From the NCBI RefSeq assembly GCF_009914755.1, contig NC_060947.1: a stretch of DNA of 64,000 bases. The stretch is one strand, 5' to 3'. Of this stretch, positions 52,559 through 64,000 are shown one piece after another. Source of the DNA: the human T2T-CHM13v2.0 reference genome, Homo sapiens. The notes beneath the pieces are model-generated. The model was not told where the DNA came from. It was given only the letters and a program-made list of their open reading frames with translations, and did not search any database. The position numbers were made by a program, and so were the translations under genes. Position 1 is the first letter of the stretch. Each line of letters starts with the position of its first letter.

Positions 52559-54099
52559 CTTTCATTAGCATTTCAGAATTGAAAACTATGAGCAGCTGAG
52601 ATTAGGAGAGCTGGCTCCAGGCTTTAAGGAAAGTGTGGGTAAAGGAGGCTGTAGACTGGTAGAAGAGGGTTTAGAGGAAAATTGATGGGCAGGTGGAAGA
52701 AAATAAGGCAAAATTCTAATCATATGGCCTAATTGGGGCAGTTCACCTCAGCCATAATGAATACAGGCCCTGGGAATAAAAGGCGATCCAAGCCTTCCCT
52801 GATGGTAGGGATGAGACGTCCTAATATCCTCTCTGCCTCAGAGCTGGTTGGGGTAAGTACACAGGTTGGATCCTGGAGAAGGCAGAGACTGACAGTCAGA
52901 GCTTTCCCTGAACAGAGAGAATGTTCAGTAGTTTATTGCACAGAGGAAAATAATATGGTCTCCCTGCAGAGTTTGATGTATAGGAATGGAACAATTCTAC
53001 GACCTACTATTTTGCTCCTATAACATAAACTCATCTCTAAAAATCATCTCAATCATTTCTAAGACACCCCTCCATCACTTCTTGTGCCTGCTTCTCTTGG
53101 AGAAATGCAGAATGTTTTAGAGAATATCAACAGAGAGAACGCTGAAGTCTTTCTGTCCCCAGGCTAGCCAAGTCCCAGAGAAAAGTAGAAGGGATGAGAT
53201 TAAATTCTGCCAGCAAATCCCCTAGACATCATTCTTGGCATGAGCTTCTCTTGCCCGGCCCTGCACAGGCTGGTTCTTTGGGCTTTCATCTTCTGAGTAT
53301 ACTGGCTTGTCTTGCTAACCAGGAGGCCATTTGACAGCCATAATTATTTCCCAGGTATATTGCAGCATGACGGTTTATTTATTTTGTGGATGGCTGAGCC
53401 AAATCTGGGAGGATAAGTCTAACACCATTTCTTCGTAATAGCTCAGTTGTTCCAATACCATTTTCTTCTCAACCTCCAAAATACAGGGTACTTTATTTAT
53501 TTCAGTATTCTTTGTGCATTTAACCACCATTCTCATTCCACAGGCTTTGGTGAATTAAAGTAACTACAGTTACCAACTCTTTTTATTGAAAAACTCTATA
53601 TGAGTTGATTGTAACTGCTTCTCCAATTATAATTGCTTCCTCTCCACAGGCCTCGCTATTCAAGACTCTGAGTTACCTTGATCATGAAACTTCAATGTGG
53701 AAATTTCCCAAGACCATATTCTGAAGTAGCCTTTTTAACCCTGAGAGTGCTTTTGAGAGCTGTGTCCACATTAAATTCTGAACCGTCCTTTTATCCCATA
53801 TTGCAGCCACAGAGATCAGACTGGTGGTTGACAGAGATTTAATCAGAGCATTTAATACTCTCAAATTCCTGCCAGTTGATTGTGTCACTTTATTTAAAAA
53901 TGAACAAAGCAGTTAGAAAAAAAAGTTATTATAGTCCTTGGAAATTTTCAGTCACAAATCAAAACTCTCTGTAGTGGGAACTATGGATGGATTCACATAA
54001 ATGATGGTTTAGTGTATGGGGGATATTATATCTATGGTGCAACATATGCGGGAGGCACAAAAGAACCTCAGTAATCTGGTCATACAATTACAGAAAGGA

Positions 54100-54800
54100 A
54101 GCAGGCTGGAGTTTTAAAAGCATAGGTTTCGGACTCAGACAAACCTGGATCACAGTTCTGCCATTTCCTAGTTGTTACTTTGAGCAAGTTACCTCATGTC
54201 TTTGAGGCTTAATCAGTTCATCTATAATGTGGGAAAAGCAAAAATACCAAATTTACAATGTTGTAAGGATGAAGACAGTAAGGACGCAAATAACTTGAGA
54301 ATAGGCTCTGGCAGATGACCAAAGAAGCTCTGCTGATCAGAAATATTTTGATTATTCCCAGACTCTGCTGTCAGTTAATCACACATCCTCTATTCCAGTC
54401 AACCTCTGCTACTTGAAAGGCAGGATATTGGTGGTGGTGGTGGTGACAGTGACAGCAGTTACCCTTTGTTGATCTCTTTCTATATACTGCTCTGCTAAGT
54501 ACCTTACATGCACTGTTTTACTTAATTTCACTTAATCCTGACAACCACTCTGTGTGGTAAGTGCCAACATAGTAGCTAACCACAAGGGTTTTGCAATCAG
54601 AAAGATCTGGGTTTGAAGTGTGGCTCCCCTACTCAGTAGCTGGGTGACTTTGGACAAGCCATAGAACCTATTTCAGTAAACAGAGTATCAATTTCCCCAT
54701 CTGTAGCAAAAATATACTTCTTATTTCATAGGCTGTTGTGAGAATTTAAGGGGATAGTATAAATAAAGTTCCTGGCACGTAACAGGTGTTCAATGTTAGA
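54100..54800. mobile_element. Three MIR fragments (+, -, +)
   Basis: ggactcagacaaacctggatcac...tttgagcaagttacc; cttaatcctgacaaccactctg; ctcagtagctgggtgactttggacaag. Confidence 0.7.
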
Positions 54801-55770
54801 CTACTTCCTTCTCTCCCTGTAAGTTAGTACAAAAAGGGCAAATGAATGAGTTTATATGTTACCTTATCATGCTTTAAATCTAAACATTTCACCAAAATTC
54901 ATAGGAAGAAATATAGTAAAGAAATAAACTGAAAAATCAAGCCATCTTGGAAGAAAGCTGAAAGGATATTTTTATCTTAGCTTTTTCCAATATTACTCCT
55001 AAAAACAGTGCTATTTTTATTTGAATGTAGTGTTATTTCTCAGTTTTATTTACTTGACAGCTGCTTCGATAGTTCTTCACTGGGGTCATGTTTACTGAAA
55101 GAAAGCATATTGTGATATTTGAATAAGCCATTTTAGAGGCTCCATTTTGACCAAATATAAACAATATAGATGTCAGGCAAGCAGAGTCAGAAATCAATCT
55201 AGCAGCAAACTCCATCTTAATGGCAACACACATCAATTGTCAATTCCCAGAAACACTCTAACTGCCCTCTTACCAGCAAGAGACAGGGCTCCACTCTGTG
55301 CAGAACTTTCACAAGCTGCCCCTACTACAACACGCAACGTGCTCAGTGTTCATAACTTCCCACCCTCACTCACTCTGTACCTTTTTCCTCACTCTGATTT
55401 CTTTCATCCACTGACCATCAACCATTTCATCTCTAAATCACTCCCTTAGCTGGACAGATAATCTAGTCCATCCAGACATATTACTTTGGCTTCCTCCTGC
55501 TCAAATGGTTCTATCATCTCCCCACCTAGCCCATGCTGGTAACACAGATTAAACTCTTCTTAAATTGACCTGGCTCCATAGAAGACTTCGGCCCACACAC
55601 TGTCACTGCCAGCAGCTTCCTAAACCTGTTCTACCACAGCCTTGTATACAGCCCTGCATTGACAGGTGTGAGTAAGAGGGATCAGCAACCCAACAGTCAT
55701 CCCTGACAAAAGCCTGAACTTGAAGGCAAATGGGATTTTCATGGAACAAACCTTTCTTCTAGGGTCCCTC

Positions 55771-56442
55771 TGGTACGGGAGGGTGGCAGGGAAATGCTGG
55801 GAAAAGAAAGGTGGGGTCCTTGCTAGGGCTCCACCTCTGGGCCTGTGCCCATGGGCCTAGGTGAGGACAGGCATTTCTGTTTTTGTGCCCAAATGTTGCA
55901 TTTCCCAAGACCACCCTGGCCTGCCACGCCCCCATCCTGTGCCTATAAAAATCCTGAGACCCTAGTGGGCAGAGACACAAGCAGATGGACATTGAGAGGA
56001 ACACACCGGCAGAAGAACACACCAGCAGACAACAGCAGGCCACCAACCAGCTGGGGCGGTAGGAGGAGAGCTTCCACCATTCAATAAAACCTTGCACTCA
56101 TTCTCCAAGCCCACGTGTGATCCGATTTTTCCAGTACACCAAGGCAAGAACCCGGTATACAGAAAGTCCTCTGTCATTGCGATAAGGCAGAGGGTCTAAT
56201 TGAGCTGATAAACACAAGCTACCTATAAACGGCAAAACTGAAAGAGCATACTGTAACACACGCCCACTGGGGCTTCAGGAGCTGTGAACATTCACCCCTA
56301 GACACTGCCGTGAGGTCACAGTCTCACAACCTGCCGGTCTGCATGCTTCCCCTAAAGGCTTGAGTAGCAGGGCACTAAAGAAGCAAGCCACTCCCCCTGT
56401 CAACCACCCTGCGAGAGGGACAAGGGAGCTTTTTCCTTTTCA
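55771..56442 (+). mobile_element. LTR1-family (HUERS-P2, ERV1) solo LTR with an internal deletion
   Basis: TG...CA termini, 4-bp TSD cctc, GC box ccacgccccc at 55924, TATAAAA at 55944, AATAAA at 56083. Confidence 0.85.
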
Positions 56443-56814
56443 CCTCTCTCTGTTTTTCATCCCACTTCTTGCATTATCCCAGTGGTAGTTTCTTTTAAGA
56501 TCAATCTCCACTATTGCCCTAAATTAATGTTCCCTCCATAAGTCTTCTTTATCAGTACCTAGCTATTCGGATTGGCACTCCCATTAGCCAAGGCAAGTGA
56601 CTGCAACAAAGGAAACATCTTTCTGAGTTGCTACCGAGCACACCAGTATTTTCATCAGATTCAGCTGAATGGCACAACATCCACCTTTCCACTTAGGAAA
56701 CATGTGTTGGAGGCTATGGGCACAATTACAGTGTACACTTTGAGACTTTTGTAGCAATCAAACAAGTTATTTATACTCCTCCTTGTTACCAAAAAAAAAT
56801 GTAAGGTAGCTTAC

Positions 56815-57045
56815 TGTAAGTAATGTGTACACATGAACATACAGTGTGGAATGAGAGACAATGGAGACTCCATCTAATGGGTTGGGAGCGGGAAGGGAAG
56901 TGATGATGAGAAATTACCTAATGGGTACAATGTGCATTATTTGGGTGATGGATACGATAAAAGCCCTGACTACACTACTATGCAATATATCTATGTAACA
57001 AAATTATTCTTGTACCCCATAAATTTATACAAATTTTTTAAAATT
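56815..57045 (+). mobile_element. L1PB4-like 3' end
   Basis: gatgagaaattacctaatgggtacaatgtgcattatttgggtgatgg...ttgtaccccataaatttatac. Confidence 0.85.
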
Positions 57046-57760
57046 GTAAAAGAAAAAACAATATGTCAGGAAATCAGGGGAAGGTGAAAATAATGGTAGA
57101 AAGGTTCAAACAGGGACAGGAGAAAGGTTAGTACTTAAAATGTCTACTGGAAGTCCAAAACATTGGCTAATTGGTGAGCTACAAATCTGGCCAGTGTGAA
57201 GAAGGAAAAGCAGTTACATGATTTACAACGCCTATAGGAAATAAGCCAAACAAGAGAAGCATGGGTATTCGTGGGTACCAAGACAAGACATCACATTACA
57301 TTATCTACAACAACATAGTTCATAGGGCTATTTCCTCTATGATCCCTCCTATAGGCCATTGGCTTCGAGGCAAAGCACAGTCCAGCTTCTACAGTGAGCC
57401 AGAGTTACGGGATTTAGATAAGCAGCTCTCCAAAGGTCTGGCTTAATTTAGAGAGAGGTTTTAGAATTTTTGTAGGAATGGATGGATAACAACATTTGGG
57501 TGATCCTCCCTAAATATGGTGCCCACAACTGAGTTTTGGATTTTAGCATCAGGAGGTCCTTGAAAATGTTGCTTGACAAGTCACTAAAATGGAGCTCCTT
57601 TAGACTACCAGTGAAGAACAGAATCATGTCATTTAGCAGTGAGTCTAGCTGTAGTGAATCAAATACTCATGTCAGTCATTTAAAAAATACAAAATAATCA
57701 TAAAATGTCTAACATAAAACAACATAATTTCCTGGTACACATTTTTAAATAAATCACAAG

Positions 57761-58694
<934 letters not shown>

Positions 58695-58711
58695 AGATAG
58701 ATTTGTTCTAA

Positions 58712-60099
<1,388 letters not shown>

Positions 60100-61931
60100 T
60101 TTACAACTGTAGACATATTTGTCTACAGTAAATATAAGACTAAACAATCAGATACTAAATCATTAAATGATTATCAGTTAGTATCTTTAATTTTCTTATA
60201 CTTCTATATTTTCTATAGATCATCTTTGTAACAAAAAGAAAATAAACCAAATGAAAATGAAATGAATTCTCTCAAAAAGAATTAAGACAGGAAGAAGTCT
60301 CACAAAGTAATGTAAAATGTATCTTATGGTTTATGTAAAATTCTTAATAAAAGTACCTTCTTTTCTCCAAAAAAAATAGTCCATTGGTTAACTATAAGCC
60401 AATTAAATGGTATGGCCCACTTACCAAAAAATAAATCTTTGGTTTGAGAATAGAACACAGAAAATCTCTCCAGATACAAACAGATAGCAGGGCTAGTTGA
60501 TTATTAAAATCTCTTCTGGTTTCTGCCAATACAACCATTTCATCTACTTTGGCTGTGTCCTTGGCTGTGTGCAAAGCACCATTACTGGGCTTCAAGAGAG
60601 CAAGAACTGGAATTAAAGCCTAGATCACATGACCTCAAAAAGCTTACAAGCTGCTCAGGGACACCAAACATATATATGTGAAACAACTTACAACAAACAC
60701 CAAATAACCTATCAATTTTATTCACACAAACTAACGAAGATGCAGGGAATCCAATTAGACATATGATAGGCATTTTTAAATGCATTTACATTCAGCTTTA
60801 GGTGTATAGGTGTTTTGGGTGCTTATATTTGATCGTGGATATGCCTGCTGTTCTGAGATTTTACCTCAAAATAAACAGAAACGTTGTGCGCATTATCCCC
60901 CATTCTTCCATTGAAAAGGAGCAGGCTGGTTCTTTCATATCAATTGATGCAAGGTTTGTCTTTTCTCTCCCCTGCCCTGAACCAAAGGAGATACGTTGAG
61001 GGGGAAACAGAGGTTCAGTGAACTTTTCTACTTCCTCAGTGCCACTACTATATCTGAGTACATTAGCTCTAGCTGTTTTATTCTTAATTTTTAAAAGTTA
61101 AATACTCACTACAAAAAAAAAATTATAAACAGGAAAAAAAGAAATGCTAAAAACCTGTAACCCAGCCTCAGAGGAAAAAAAACACTGAAAATTTTGGGTT
61201 AACTTACTATAAGTGTACATGTATGTATTAAAATTAACCCATACACACACACACACACACGGTGAATATAATTATATTAACATGCTGATTTTTTCCCTCA
61301 CTTAGCAATTGTGAGCATCTTTTCGTATCAAATATTCTTTCCTATTACTGCAATTTAAATCCAATTTAAATTGCATATTTTAAGCTTCCTTGAAAATAAA
61401 GCAGATGTTCCAGTTTAGAATCATTGTAAACCATATTATTTTTCAGGTCTAGTTCATTTATTTGTATACATTGATTGAAACCATAATTCGCATGCCATGC
61501 TATTCACCAATTTAAAGTGTACAATTTAATGATTTTTAGCACATTCACAAAACTGTGGAAACATTACTACAATATTTTAAATATTTTGATCACCACCAAA
61601 AGAAACTCTATATCCATTAGCAGTAACCCCTCATTTCCCCCAACCTTCCCACAAAGCCCTCAATAACCACTAGTCCACTATTTTGTCTCTATAGATTTGC
61701 CTCTTCTGACACTTCACATGAATGGGATCATACACTATGAGCCTCTTGTGACTGGCTTCTGTGAGTTAGCATAATGTTGTCAAGGTTCATTCATGTTGTA
61801 GCACGTATAAATCCTTCATTCCTGTTTATGGCTGAATAATATTCCATTGTATGGATATACCAAATTCTGCTTATCTATGCATTTGTTGACAGACACTTGA
61901 ATTGTTTACACTTTTTGGCTATTAGCAATAA

Positions 61932-62272
<341 letters not shown>

Positions 62273-62670
62273 CTGTGTAGATATGTTTTCATTTCTTCTG
62301 AGTATATACCTAAGAGTGTAATTCCTGGGTCACAAGGTAACTCTGTGTTTAACATTTTAATGAATCATCAAAATGTTTTCCACAGTAACTATACCGTTTT
62401 ACTTTGCCAAGAGCAGTGTAGAAGGGTTCCACTTTCTCCACATCCTTGCCTAATATTTTTCATCTTGTTGATTATAGTCATCCTAGTAATCCATTTTGCA
62501 TATAGTATGAGTTAGGGATTCAACTTCATTCTTTTGCATGTAGAAATCTGATTGTCCCAGTACTGAAGGCTATTATTTTCCCCCTTTGAATTATCTTGAT
62601 ACCCTTGTCAAAATCAATGACCATAAATGTGAGAGTTTATTTATAGACTCCATTTTGTTACACTGATCCA

Positions 62671-63145
62671 TATGATAGGCTGAATATTGGCCCCTCAATT
62701 ATGTCTACTTCCAAGTTCCCAGAAATTATGAATATGTTACCTTATATGGCAAAAGAGACTTTGCAAATGTGGGTAAGAATCTTAAGATGGGGAGATATTC
62801 CATAATTATCCAATAGGCCCAATGAAATTATAAGAATTCCTATAACAGAGAGGCAATAAGATCATACTCAGTAGGAGATTTAACGATGGAAGTAAGAGTT
62901 TGGAGTAATGCAAGGAAGGGGCCATGAGTTGGAAATACTGGCAGTCGCTAGAAACCAAAAAATGTGAGGAAATGGAATGTCTACTCTGTTCTTTCAGAAG
63001 AAACTAGCCCTGGCAACACCTTGACTTTAGTCCACTGAAATTGATTTTGAACTTCTGACCTCCAGAAGAAGAAAATAATAAATGTGTTATTTTAAGCCAC
63101 CAAATTTGTGGTGCTTTGTTACCACAGCAACAGGAAACTAATATA
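62671..63145 (+). mobile_element. MLT1D solo LTR
   Basis: tatgataggctgaatattggcccc...aatatgttaccttatatggcaaaagagactttgca...ggaaactaatata; TSD atcca/atcta. Confidence 0.88.
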
Positions 63146-63589
63146 ATCTACATGTCTAGCCTTATACCAATACTATACTCTCTTGATTATACTAGCATTG
63201 CTGTAAGTTTTGATGTCGGAAAACATAAGTCCTCCAACTTCATTCTTCTTAAGTATTGTTTTGGCTATTCTGGCAAACCATAGCATGTTAATGGATTTAT
63301 ATTCTATTGTTTGTTACCATAATTTATTTGAATAATTCTTATTGTTGGATATTTGGGTTGTTTTGAAATATTTTGCTATTATAATGACTGCAATAAATAT
63401 CCTCCAAGATATTTTCTGTACTTTTATAATTATTGCCTTGATGTTTATGTCAAAAGGAGTATATTTTTGAAGCTTTTGGTATGGCCTCAATGATCTCCAG
63501 AACTGTATACTCCAACCAACAGTATATGAGAGTGCTCATTTTCCTACACTCTCATCAACCCTGTTATCAAATTATAGACAAATTTTACA

Positions 63590-64000
63590 TTAAATTATAC
63601 ATTTAGATGTGAAAGATAAAGCTATAAAGTTAGTATAAAATTTTAAGAGAATATCTTTATGACCTAGAAGCAGTGAAGTACTTCTTAAATAAAACTTTAA
63701 AGACACAGACTATAAAAGCAAAAACTAATGAATTTAATAAATTCCAATTGAGAGTTTCTATTCAACAAAGTATAAGAAAAACACAGACAAAGTTAATTGA
63801 CATGTGACAGATTAGGAAACATTATTTGTAATGTCTAAAACTGACAATGAATTAACATCTGGAAAACTCAAGAAAAGCCTTCAAATTAACAGCCCTGGTA
63901 GAAAATTAGGCAAAGCCTGTGAGCTGACAATTTACAAAAAGAGAAACCCAAAATTCTGAAAAGCCTATCAAGATGTATTCTAAAATGCAATAAGGGGATA
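63590..64000 (+). mobile_element. Ancient L1ME ORF2 fragment
   Basis: agaatatctttatgacctag...cttcttaaataaaac...gaaaattaggcaaag...caatttacaaaaagagaa. Confidence 0.65.

Noticed and set aside
53625-53725. Strong-looking + strand acceptor (ttgcttcctctccacag) and nearby - strand donor (aag/gtaact)
   Set aside because: Isolated splice-like motifs are common by chance; no recognisable protein; a lncRNA exon cannot be judged from sequence alone

Overview
Repeat-dense, AT-rich simian (probably catarrhine or hominoid) nuclear DNA that looks intergenic or intronic. The primate assignment rests on AluY/S/J, L1PA, THE1/MST and LTR1. I found no convincing host protein-coding exon, RNA gene or CpG island. 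The long ORFs are decayed L1 ORF2 and MaLR-internal remnants, or artefacts of a 2.8-kb (AT)nCC tandem array. About half the window is nested transposable elements, many with readable target-site duplications (TSDs). I do not see a new biological system. The unusual observations concern insertion mechanics: an MST element with a U5 end at both termini inside one apparent TSD, a twin-primed L1 inside it, an L1 with a probable 3' transduction, a three-LTR THE1 inside an AluJ, a higher-order VNTR inside an old L1, a micro-inversion in a MER53, a 33-bp orphan retro-insertion, and a diverged ~155-bp exon-like duplication. Subfamily names come from recalled consensus sequences and need Dfam/RepeatMasker confirmation.
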